Notes under the pieces: generated by a model
Told to the model about the DNA's origin: nothing
Database searches by the model: none
What the model saw: the letters and a program-made list of their open reading frames with translations, nothing else
Position numbers and translations under genes: made by a program
Shown here: positions 1 through 12,200 of the stretch, one piece after another
How positions within the stretch are numbered: the first letter of the stretch is position 1
How the letters are laid out: every line of letters starts with the position of its first letter
From: Macrostomum hystrix
Lineage: Eukaryota; Animalia; Platyhelminthes
Direction: 5' to 3'
Length of the DNA stretch: 64,000 nt
Assembly: GCA_950097015.1 (NCBI GenBank)
Contig: CATNEN010000011.1
Coordinates: forward strand, 6,014,001-6,078,000

Positions 1-3000
1 CCAGTGGCTTGCTGCTTGCCAGCTGCTCCTCCTCCGGCAGCATGTCGATGTCCTCGTCCATGTCGGGCGAGTGGAACTTGCCGATCAGCTGCCGGAGCAG
101 CAGCCGGATGTTGCTGAGGCGAACTTGCTCGGTGACCTTGCAGCGAGCCTTGCTGGTCAGCAGCTTGCGGATCTGAGGATGGAAATAGTTTGAGAATTTC
201 CATGTTCCCAATCCCAATATATCCCATTCTCTGTTATCCCACTTTCTCTTATCCCATTCGCTATGGGATGGGATTATCCCATTCTCAATTATCCCATTCT
301 CTATTATACATTTCTCAATTATCCCATTCTCTATTATCCCATTCAATTATCCCATTCTTAATTATCCCATTCTCAATTATCCCATTCTCTATTATCCCAT
401 TCTTAATTATCCCATTCTCAATTATCCCATTCTCTATTATCCCATTCTTAATTATCCCATTCTCAATTATCCCATTCTCTATTATCCCATTCTTAATTAT
501 CCCATTCTCAATTATCCAATTCTCAATTATCCTATTCTCAATTATCCAATTCTCTATTATCCCATTCTAAATTATCCCATTCACAATAATTCCATAATCT
601 ACGAGCGGATGATCGCACCCAAAAGTAATTGATCCCACCTGTACAGTAGCTGGGTTTTTGTCTCCGGGCTTCAGCCGAGCTCTGTACAGATCCCTTAGGC
701 GGCCGACCGTGAGAAATTCTCTCATGATGAGGCCGTTTCTAAGAAACAGCTTGACGAATTCAATTTTATCCTCAACGATGGCTTGCAGGGTGAACAGCTC
801 CAGGTTTGCCGTGTCCCACTGCAGCTCCTCCGTGAATATTTTCTCTGCGGCAATGTCCGGCCGGTTCCAGGTGAGCGAGAGACTGAGCTGGCGCTTGTAG
901 TCAGACATCTGCCTGGCATCCATGACTGGTTGGTTTCGGGGGAAAGACGGAAATTTACTTCGGGATAATAGCGGAACTAGTTTCGTTTTCGGAAATCCTC
1001 AGTTTCGGAAATCCCCAGTTTCGGAAATCCTCAGTTTCGGGAATCCTCAGTTTCGGAAATCCTCAGTTTCGGAAACCCCCAGTTTAGGAAATCCTCATTT
1101 TCGGAAACCCTCATTTTCAAAAGTCCTCATTTTCGGAAATCCTCATTTTTCCGAAATCCTCAGCTTCGGGAGTCTCGAAATTTTGTGACATTTTAGGTGG
1201 ATAAATGCCTCATTTCCGAAAAATCAAGTTTCGGTAACTTATAAATTTCGGTTCCTGAAGTCTACAATATTTGTTAAACTTTTGAAAGTTTTCTTAGCTG
1301 CTTCGTTTAAACAACGTTTTTATTTCTTAGAATTCCTGCAAAATGTTGATTTTGAACAATTGGGCCAGCTCACCCTTGAGCAGGGCTGACAGAATCGCCA
1401 GGTCGAGGTCATCGCTTCGGTTCATGTCGAAAACGGTAATCAGCTTCTCGTTGCTGACCAATTCTAGCAGCATCTGCAGCGTGTTGTCAACCTTCGCCGG
1501 GTTGATCTTCTTGGTCTTGGGATCCAGGTGAATGTCGCCAAAGGCCTCCTCGATTCTGGCGCGCAGGTCCGCCAGGTGGGCTTCCTTCATCTCCTAGGGA
1601 TGTCAGAAGATGGCGAGTGGAAGAGCGGTTAACGCGTTTGCCTCTCGCACCAAGGTCCCTGAGCTCGATTCCGCGGCGAGGCCACATTCATTTGGGGCAC
1701 AGCCGCGGAGAGAAGGCTTGGGGGCTTGTCGTGTGCAATTTACGCCATTGAGGGCCAACCTCCAAGGCACAGGGAGAGTGTACACAGCCCGACGATGAGA
1801 AAGTCAGGGCAGATGTACACACCTGTTTGAGTGTGTGCTCAGGAGTCAGCTAAATGTGCAGAATTGCCTCCTCGCTGGCTGCGGGTCTAGTGTCACCGAA
1901 TGATGTTCCATTGCCCTTGTTCTCTTTATCTCTTTTTATTTGCAGGTGGGCCCGGGGCACTTGTCGCACAAGCGACGGAGCGGCACGCCCCCAGACCGGC
2001 GAACTAGGCGCTTTTGCGCCCATCGCGCCGCCTCCCCTGAGCAGGCACCACACCAGCAGCACAGACCAGCCGGGGAGGGCAGGAGGCACCCAGAATAGGC
2101 AGCAGTGCCCCCCCACCCCAGCCCCACACGCACAGAGCAGACCAAGCCGGGGGCGGAAGGCTGATAAGAAATCAGTCCTCGGGGGGGTGATGAGTGTACA
2201 CTTATCCAATCGCGCTGACGGAAGTCCAGAGAGCGCGCGGTGGTGTACACCCGCCCTCCAGCCACCCCCCGCAAGGTCTAACGCCCCAGCACCAACGCAC
2301 ATAACTCATACAACGCAGAAAAGGCACACAGAAGGTAGGAGCGAAGCTATTATTTCAAGCTTTGATTGCACGAAATATGGTGCACCTCCGCCGGTCGCTA
2401 CTCGCTACTGTCCAAACCCCCCCCAACAAGCCCCGAAATTAATCGTGACTTGAAGGGTGAATCGAACTAGCGTCCTTTGGAGTGCGAGGCAGCGACGTTA
2501 GCCGCTGACCCACTCGCCCCCCATTGCCCTTGTTACTATTTATATTACAATTTTTTATTATTATTAGCTCGAATCCAGCCGCTCACCTTGCTCTCAGATT
2601 TGTGCAGTTTCTTGTAGGCGAAAGCGATTATGTCGGCGGCTCTGCCGGTGTTGTCGCATGTCACAATGGGAATCTGGGCATTGATCATGCTCTTCATCTC
2701 CTCGAAGATGTCGAAGCCGCCTTCAACAATCAGCAGAACAACCGGAATGTTTTCCTTCTCCTTGATCTGCTTCTGCAGGTCCGCCTTGATGACACTGCTT
2801 TTTGAGCCGCCGTACCTGCGGGAGTTGAGAATCAAGATTCAAAATACCTTAGAGAGTCTTCAATCCCCTTTATTTTCTGCGATGGGAGAAATTTCCACTC
2901 CACGACCTGAAATAGTAAGTTTATCCTCTAAATTGCATAAGACTAATCCTCAATCAAGATTATCAATTGATGGGAAAATTATCCCTGAAGTAATTGACTG

Positions 3001-6000
3001 ATGGGAATATTATCCCTACAGTGATTGATTGATGGGAAAATTATCTTCAAATGACGATTGAGGGAAAAATATCCTCAGAATGATCGATTTATGGGAAAAT
3101 CATACTTAAATTAATCGATTGATAGAAAATTTATCCTGAAAGTGGGTAATTTATGGGAAAATTATTCCCAAAATAACAAATCGATAGGAAAATAATCCTG
3201 AAAAATGTTAACTGATTAAAAATCACATTTTCAGGGCAATTATCCAAAAAACATTCTCCATAAATTATTTTTCCCTTCACTTTGGAGAGTAATAATTAAA
3301 CAAACCAAATTAAAAAGTCTATCTACGAGATGATCAGGAATGAGTCAGTTATCCTCTTTCCTTATTTCATAGATTTTTATCCGATATTAATAAATAATGC
3401 AATTCAGAACCTTTGTTAAATTATCCGCAATAAATCCCCCTCACCTGTTCCTCTTTCCGTCATCCACCAGCAGGTAGTGGGTGTGATTGGCATTCAGTGA
3501 CACTGGCTGGCCCTTGCCAATAGCACTGCTGATTTTGTACGCGACATCCAGGTTGAGCTCGTCGGAGTTTGTCGACTTGTTGATCAGGTCGTTCTTGTTG
3601 AGCACATAGCCCCATGGGGCCACACCGATGCACCTAATTAGGTTTGAGATAAGTTCCAATAAGTCCATGGACAGTTCCTTTAGGCATACGCAGTTAACAT
3701 CAGTCCCTAGACATTTCACCTCAGTCCTTAGACATTTCACCTCAGTTCGTACAGTTTTCATCAGTCCATAGACAGTCCAAAGACATTCCATAGACAGTCC
3801 ATAGACATTCCATAGACAGTCCATAGACATTCCATAGACAGTCCATAGACATTCCATAGACAGTCCATAGACATTCCATAGACAGTCCATAGACATTCCG
3901 TAGACAGTCCTTGGACACCTCAGTCTCTAGACAACTGCCATCAGCCCTTAGACAGTTTCCCACGGGCCATAGACTGTTCCCCTCAGGCCATAGACAGTTC
4001 CCCTCAGTCACAAGAACGCTTCAAACCTGAGCTTTGAAGACCTGCTTGATTTCTCCCAGTGAGAAGCGCGTCCCTCTTCCAAAGCGTTGCCAACCACTCG
4101 GGTGATGCCCAGATTGAGTCCAGAGGTGATAATCCATGCGTTTGTTGTCTGAGCAGCCCGTATTAGGCCGTGATGAAAGACCTCCTTCTTGCGGCCTTCC
4201 AACTTGAAATTCTTGGCTCCGCCGATGACAGAGATGCACAGTGACGGCTGCTGCGGCTCCAGCATCTTCCAGTGGCTCTTCATCAGCTCTGTGGATGAAG
4301 CCAGTTCAAACAGATAATCCGTCTTCGTAAAATAGTGTCCTCTCTGTCTAACGGATAATCCTACTGTCTAACGGATAATCCTACTGTCTAACGGATAACC
4401 CTACTGTCTAACGGATAACCCTACTGTCTAACGGATAATCCTACTGTCTAACGGATAATCCTACTGTCTAACAGATAATCCTACTGTCTAACGGATAATC
4501 CTACTGTCTAACGGATAATCCTACTGTCTAACGGATAATCCTACTGTCTAACGGATAATCCTACTGTCTAACGGATAATCCTACTGTGTAACAGATAATC
4601 CTAGCTACTGTCTAACGGATAATCCTACTGTCTAACGGATAATCCTACTGTCTAACGGATAATTCTACTGTCTAACGGATAATGCCTCTGTCGAAAAGAT
4701 TATCTCTCTGTCCATGGGATAATCCCTGGTTTTATAAGATAATCCCTCGTTTTATAAGATAATCCCTCTGTCTAAAAAAATCCCACTGTCTAACGTGTCA
4801 GATAGATAATCGCTCTGTCTCTAAGATAATCCCTCTGTCTGATAGATAATCCCTCTGTCTGATAGATAATCCCTCTGTCTGATAGATAATTCCTCTGTCT
4901 GATGGATAATCCCTCTGTCTGATAGATAATCCCTCTGTCTGATAAATAATCCCTCTGTCTGAAAGATAGTCCCTCTGTCTGAAAGATAATCCCTCTGTCT
5001 GAAATATAATCCCTCTATCTGATAGATAATCCCTCTGTCTGATAGATAATCCCTCTGTCTGATAGATAATCCCTCTGTCTGAAATATATTCCCTCTGTCT
5101 GATAGATAATCCCTCTGTCTGATAGATAATTCCTCTGTATGATGGATAATCCCTCTGTCTGATAGATAATCCCTCTGTCTGAAATATATTCCCTCTGTCT
5201 GATAGATAATCCCTCTGTCTGAAATATAATCCCTCTGTCTGATAGATAATCCCTCTATCTGATAGATAATCCCTCTATCTGATAGATAATCCCTCTATCT
5301 GATAGATAATCCCTCTATCTGATAGATAATCCCTCTGTCTGAAAGATAACCCCTCTATCTGATAGATAATCCCTCTGTCTGAAATATAATCCCTCTATCT
5401 GATAGATAATCCCTCTGTCTGAAAGATAACCCCTCTATCTGATAGATAATCCCTCTATCTGATAGATAATCCCTCTATCTGATAGATAATCCCTCTGTCT
5501 GAAAGATAACCCCTCTATCTGATAGATAATCCCTCTATCTGATAGATAATCCCTCTATCTGATAGATAATCCCTCTATCTGATGGATAATCCCTCTGTCT
5601 GATAGATAATCCCTCTGTCTGAAAGATAATCCCTCTGTCTGAAAGATAATCCCTTTATCTGATAGATAATCCCTTTATCTGATAGATAATCCCTCTGTCT
5701 GAAAGATAATCCCTCTATCTGATAGATAATCCCTTTATCTGATAGATAATCCCTCTGTCTGAAAGATAATCCTTCTATCTGATAGATAATCCCTTTATCT
5801 GATAGATAATCCCTCTGTCTGAAAGATAATCCCTCTGTCTAGAAAAATCCCTCATAGTCATCAAACCTCTAATAATCCGGGGATAAACTCCCCGGAGAAA
5901 CTCACCGAGAATCATGTCCAAATTATCCTCATCGCTCAGCCGGACAAAGTTGATCGGCTCCCTATTGTCGAAGCCCTCATTCTTGAGTGTGATGCGGCCG

Positions 6001-7362
6001 AATGCGTTAGTCGGGCCCACAATGGCCAGATGCTTCTCAGCTGACCATTTCTCCTTGCTGCCCGTCAGCAGCACCGATGCGTCGTGATTGTCGCGCACTT
6101 CGCCGCAGGCGCACCTGCCCGCGTCTTTCTCTTCAAATAGGCGGCACTCCTTGCGACAGAAGTGCCTCTTCATGAACTCCCGAAGGCTGTTCTCAACCGC
6201 TTGTCTATTTCTGTCCATGAGTTCCTGGGGCGGCGGGGTTGGATGTTCAGCTCAGATGCACAAGGCATCCAAAGGCTGCGTACAACTGTTCAGTCCATGG
6301 ACTGTAAAAAGGCCAAACTACAAGCCCCAAAAAATGGATGAACTGAAGCGGTGAGGAATAAGATATCCTGCGCTGAGAATCGAACTCCCGACATCTCAGT
6401 GAGTTATCAAAAGCTCTAAACACTGAGCAGCAAGCATAGCTCATTTTATAAGATCAAATTGATTCAAATTTTCTCAACTGAGTGTACCTCACTAAGATTG
6501 GTTCTCTGCTAAAGGGTGTCGATTCTCTCTCTTGAAATGGAATATTGCTTTCTGTGTGTTCATTTTTTCATGCTCAAGGGGGTCATTTGTCCTCTGCTAA
6601 GCTAAGAAGGAACGTTGTTTTCTGCTAAATGGGATATTAAGTGCCTTCTAAAGGGCAGCCATGGGTATTCTACTAAACGGTGACAATAGTTCTCTGCTAA
6701 AGGAAGGCATTGGTTGCCTGCTGAGGGGCATTGGTTGCCCTGCTGAGGGGCATTGGTTGCCCTGCTGAGGGGCATTGGTTGCCCTGCTGAGGGGCATTGG
6801 TTGCTCTGCTGAGGGGCATTGGTTGCCTGCTGAGGGGCATTGGTTGCCCTGCTGAGGGGCATTGGTTGCCCTGCTGAGGGGCATTGGCTGGTTCTCTGCT
6901 ATATGGCTGAGGGGCATTGGCTCACTATCAAAGGGGCAAAGATTGCTTGCTGGGCGAATATTGGTAGCCTGGGGATGGGCTAAAATTGCTAGTATAAGAT
7001 CTAATCTTGTATGAACTAGATTTTCCACATTTGACCTCGGAAAGAAGCTTAGAAAATGACTAAACAGCGTACTTTGAGTAGGCCGCTAAGATTTTCATTA
7101 CCTCCTGCCTCTTCTGTTGCTTATTGTTGCGCTTGTTGAACCGCGCCTTGGCCAGCTCTTCGGTCGCCTCGGAGTCGGCAAACCCGAAGGCTGGCGTCGG
7201 CCTGCTGGATTCCCGACCAGTCGGCGATCCGGGATAGCCTGACATCGGGCCAGCGAGCTGGCGAATGCCGCTGCTGCTGTTGCTGCGCAGATCGGATCGG
7301 CTCGCGACTCCACCGATGGAGACTGTCAGGTTCTCCATCGGGTGGACACCAATGCGAGACAT
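1..7362 (-). CDS. TRPM: TRPM-family cation channel, N-terminal MHR/SLOG region; gene continues past the left edge
   Basis: Phase-compatible GT-AG exons at about 7362-7102, 6224-5906, 4339-4027, 3633-3445, 2815-2587, 1593-1374, 925-639 and 172 to <1. They give TRPM motifs: ISVIGGAKNF, GLIRAAQTTNAWIITSG, CIGVAPWG, LNANHTHYLLVDDG, IPVVLLIVEGG, TGRAADIIAFA, LDLAILSALLK, LSLTWNRPDIA, FVKLFLRNG. Start codon is uncertain. Confidence 0.92.
195..590. repeat. Intronic minisatellite, 15-bp unit (attatcccattctca)
   Basis: Tandem copies visible in the TRPM intron; explains spurious ORF 190..570. Confidence 0.9.
975..1170. repeat. Intronic minisatellite, about 16-bp unit (tttcggaaatcctcag)
   Basis: About 10-12 degenerate copies in a TRPM intron. 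Confidence 0.85.
1612..1921 (+). mobile_element. tRNA-derived SINE, family A
   Basis: tRNA-like head (gagcggttaacgcg...gagctcgattccg, B-box-like) and a body shared with four other copies in the window. Its AT-rich tail resumes after 2534. Confidence 0.8.
1922..2520 (-). mobile_element. Second tRNA-derived SINE-like element (family B) nested in SINE A
   Basis: The minus strand starts ggggcgagtgggtcagcggctaac...ctagttcgattc (A/B-box-like) and ends in A-rich caaataaaaagagataaagag. It is flanked by the 14-bp direct repeat ccattgcccttgtt (1908-1921 and 2521-2534). Confidence 0.7.
2960..3200. repeat. Degenerate intronic tandem repeat of about 31 bp (gatgggaaaattatccct...)
   Basis: Recurring gatgggaaaattatcc motif at roughly regular spacing in a TRPM intron. 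Confidence 0.6.
3765..4005. repeat. Intronic minisatellite with alternating 11-bp units (ccatagacagt/ccatagacatt)
   Basis: Tandem copies inside TRPM intron 3634-4026. Confidence 0.85.
4345..5840. repeat. Intronic 20-bp minisatellite with two sub-arrays (ctactgtctaacggataatc, then cctctgtctgatagataatc)
   Basis: Roughly 70 tandem units filling TRPM intron 4340-5905. Confidence 0.95.
6705..6920. repeat. Intronic 22-bp minisatellite (gaggggcattggttgccctgct)
   Basis: About 9 copies in the first TRPM intron; explains ORFs 6602..6862 and 6648..7028. Confidence 0.9.
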
Positions 7363-9266
7363 TTGGCTGCTCTCTCTGTCTCTTTTTCTAGAGTGCGAAC
7401 TGAAAGCGAAATCAAAGATTGACAATAAGTTAATTTCTCGAGCTATAATTTTCAGAAACATTTTATGTGCACTAAATAAAAAGTTGTGGCATGCATTTAT
7501 GAAATTTGTAATTATAAAATGAATTCATAGCATGCTTATTCTGATCAATGAAATGTATTTCGTTTTCCTTTTGATGCAATATTCAAGTATAGTTAATCAA
7601 TTGTTTTGAAAGAGCACTTAAAGGCTGGTACACTTAAGAGAAAGTTAAACTACACGTCAATACTTTGTGTAGAGCAATTCAAAATAAAACTTAAAATTAA
7701 AAACGTTGATAATTTTTCTTACGCTTTCTTAACCTATGTTTTACAAAACAATACTACTAAGTATTTGATTGGCTGATCTGCATTATCATTTGACTAAGTT
7801 ATAAGCTAAGCTAAGTCACCAGGTTAGGTAAGTGGTATTTTATATTTAGCACTTTTATAAAAAGAAAACATTGGAGAGAGATTCGGTCTCACACTCATTT
7901 AAAATATGAATGTGACAAAAATATCATAACTGTTTTAAATGTACATTTTATGACTTTTTTACTTTCTTTTGACTATAAAGCTTCACGTATGACGCTAAAT
8001 TAACGGTAATATAAAGTTAAAAATGTAAAGACAATTATTTCTAAGCCTTTAATCTATCGCTTTAATTCAAGAGGAATTTATTTTGTATCATAATGAATTA
8101 AATTTATCTGCAAATCGCGAAAAAGTTCTTTTGCTCGATTGTTGAATCTCGTAGCTGTGTATACAAAAATGATTATTAATTTATTGAATAAAAAAGCTCC
8201 CTAAACCCAACTTAATACCTCATTTAACACAGAAGGAGGTAAAAAATCCTTATAATATAATTGAATTCAAACTTACTTAACTAATTTTGTTATTTCATAA
8301 ATCATCTGAGTTCATGCGATTGCTCACTGCAAGGTTTTGAATTGTTAATTTTCTAGGAAAGCTTTACTTAATGCGACGGTGTTACTTCCGCCTCAGGTAA
8401 AGGAAGGTATTATTTTCCCCTCATTCTTTAATTTTCTGTGACATAGAAGCCAATATGTTTTTATAATAAATATTTAGCGCAAAACGTTATCTCACTAAGC
8501 CTCAACAATTTTTAAGGCTTGCTTAAAATTATATATACAGTAATTTGTCGCACTAAACTTCGTTTAGACAACTTTTTCTTACATCTTCTTCCATCTTACT
8601 CATTGTCTGTATATGTATGCCCCAGAGACAAACAATATAATAAAGTGTAGTATAATTCTTTTATTTAAAATTTGGCTGTAAAAGGCAATGGTCAAAAGAC
8701 CTGGTTCTATTTTTTAGTTCCTGTACAGCATATTATATAGCAGAGCACAATATACATTTTAGCTTGACTAAAACACTTCCAAGTGTTTATTAAATTTTGC
8801 TAAGCAGGCACATAGGGATAAGGGATCGCAGTTTCAGAGTATACATTATATTTTTTGGCACCGTTATATATTTTATATTTTTAGATGCATGTTTTTTTCA
8901 GACATGTTTTAAATAAAAACTTAAATATTGTCCTGTATTTAACTCGTTTTAAACTTAACATGTCCTTGAAATTTTTTTGTATCTTAAGAATAACAATTAA
9001 GTATTTTATACTAATAAATAAAGAAATAAAGTATAACGACGAGTAATGATAACAATTTATATAATAGCACGTAGCAATGTATAAAAATATTATATTAAAT
9101 AACTTTTAATACTAATTTTAATTTGGCCACATAATTATTTAATGCATGAAGTGTAACAGTAGAGCTTGATTTGAATAGAAAAAATGATTTTAACGTCTTC
9201 AGAAAGCGTCCCATATAACGACTACTGAATTCCTAAGGAAATCAGAGACAAACAGCAAAGCAAAAA

Positions 9267-12200
9267 ATGCCTGGCAAGAAGTTGCGCTCAAACCGCTTGC
9301 TGTCCGAACTCGCTGACCAGCTCGATCGACAGTTCGAAGGCGAGACCGAGCTTCAGGAACTGGCCGAGTTTCTCAACAGCCGCGACATCCGGGCTGCGGT
9401 GGCCGCCCACGAGACGCTTCGTCGTTTGGAGAAGCAGAAGCGCAAAGCGGCTGCAGCCAGTGGGGTCACCGACAGTAAAAGTGCATTTCCTGAGGCGGCT
9501 CGCACCGACTTCATTCAAACATTCCGCGCCGCTCTTGACAGCCTGGAGTCGGCTGCTGCGGGAACCAACGAGGACGCGTGCGAGCTGTACGACCTTCTGG
9601 CGTCGCCTCGGATGACAATCTTCATCGACGCGCTAGAGGATATCGGACATCGAAACTATGAGGTCTGACTGGGATGCTCTAACATTAGGAATCCCGCAAA
9701 GCCTGTTCTTTTAAAATACAATCACGAAATTCTAGCTGGTGGAGCTTATCTACGTGGACATAGAGAGGCTCCAAATGCATTTTTCAAACGACTCTACCAT
9801 AGACTATGGCAATACTTCGAAGTATATTGATGCTTCAGTCTTTCTAGGACGGTAATGTTGCAGCATTCTCTACGCTTCTGAGCTCGATACCTGTCAACAA
9901 ATGATTATGGAGGGAGGAAGTACCTCCCTTTCAAAGCTAGCAGAGCGGTTAACGCGTCTTGCCTCTCGCACCGAGGTCCCTGAGCTCGAATCCGCGGCGA
10001 GGCCACATTATTTTGGAGTGCAACCGCGGATAGAATACTTGTGGACTTGTCGTGCCATTTGCGCCCTTGAGGGCCAACCTCCTAGGCACAGTGAGATTGT
10101 ACACTGCCTGACGATGAGAAAGTCATGGCAGATGTACACACCTGTGTGCGTGTGTGGTCAGGAGTCAGAAAAATGGGCAGAATTGCCTCCTCGCTGGCTG
10201 CAGGTCTAGTGTCACCTAATGATGCGCCATTGCCCGCAGCCCTCCTGCATGTATTACGAGCTATTATTATGATTTCTTTTACTCAGAGTGCATTTAGACT
10301 CAGCCAATCAAACGGACTCACAAACATCTCACAGGGCGAGCCTCCGCTGCTGGGTCGCATCGCCAGCCGGGACCTGGTCGAGTGCAACGTCGACGAAGCT
10401 GGCCGTCAGGTCGGGCCGATCTCGCGGGAGAATCCGAGCTTTCAGGGCGGCGATATCGCGCTGGGCAGTCTGGCCACCGAGGCCGGCAACCCGCTGCAGT
10501 CGCAGCAGCAGCTCGGTCGCAACTTGACTGGCAGTCAGGAAGACGACCTGGACGAGTTTGGCCGGCCGCAGAAGATGATCGCTTTCAATAAGGTTAGAGA
10601 TTAAATTACTGCTGATTAGCTGTTTCATGTTTTTCTATACATATCGGATGAAAAATGCATTCGCATTAGACATGAATTTTACGTGATAGACAGGAGTGTC
10701 ACCTGTCATGCAGTTAAATAATGGTTTATAATTAATCGCCCAGGTCCCAGGTGAGGACTTAGGTATCACAGTTGGAACTATCGAATGGTACGACGATAAC
10801 ACGGGCCAGAGCGGCCTGGACATTGTCGTGGAGCGAATCATGGCCGGCTCGCGGATTGAGCAGCAGAACACGCTAAAACCTTACGACGTCATCAAGGAGG
10901 TCAACGGCATCCCGATCGACTCGCCGGAGAAGCTGCAGCAGGTGATGAAGAAGGCGAGTGGAAGCATCACCTTGAAGGTGCGGTCGGGTTTCTATGAAAG
11001 CACCAAGCCTGTGCAGGTAAGAGTACCCGAATGCGCTATTCTGCTTATACTAATGAGTTGAAATTATTTAATTGAATTTGTTTACTTTTTCTTTTATTTA
11101 ACAACAGAATATTAGCTTCATCGCTGTGACGAAGGTTAGGATGGGGTCAAAATGTACTTTTGCAGTAATTATTATATATTCTAGTTTATTCCTTATATTA
11201 TCCATATACTCATAGAGATAATGTTTGTGCTATTTAAACAAAAATTATTTAAGCAATCAATATATTCTACCTTTCAGGAAGCTTTTGTAAGTACTTCCGG
11301 TAAAGAGCTCCTACAGAATTTAATTAGCATTATCAATCTGATTCAATTCTCAACTTGATTAGCAACAAAATAACAATATCCTCAAACGCAACTTTTGCAA
11401 TGATTACATTTGCGGTTCTCACTATTTGCAATATTACTAATCAGTAGTTCAGCGCACACATTGACAATTAATTTCAAGTTAACTAAAGTTGCAAGCATCT
11501 TCATTCAGACCTACGTGAAGGCATTGTTCTCCTACGATCCCCAATACGACGGCCTGCTGCCGTGTCGCGAGGCTGGCTTGAAGTTCACGGTTGGCGACAT
11601 CCTGCAGGTGCTGTCCCAGGAGGATCCAAACTGGTGGCAGGCCCGACAGTGGAACAGTCGGGGTCGAGCGGGACTCATTCCATCGCTGACTATGCAGGAG
11701 CGGCGAGCGGCGTTTGTGCAGTCCGCGCCCGACAAGGACGCCATCAATTATAAGGTGAAGCAGCCTACTTCATCCGCTTCGACGTTTCTTCATCCACTTC
11801 GACGTTTCTTTGTCCGCTTCGACGTCTCTTCATCCGCTTCGACGTCTATTCATCTGCTTGGAAGTCTCTTCATCCGCTTCGACGTTTCTTTGTCCGCTTC
11901 GACGTCTCCTCATCCGCTTCGAAGTCTCTTCATCCGCTTCGACGTCTATTCATCTGCTTGGAAGTCTTTTCATCCGCTTCGACGTCTTTTCATCCGCTTC
12001 GACGTTGTTTCTTCATCCGCTTCGACGTTGTTTCTTAATCCGCTTCGATGTTGTTTCTTCATCCGCTTCGACGTTGTTTCTTCATCCGCTTTGACGTCTC
12101 TTCACCCGCTTCGACGTTTCTTCATCCGCTTCGACGTTGTTTCTTCATCCGCTTCGATGTATCTTCACCCGCTTCGACGTTTCTTCATCCGCTTCGACGT

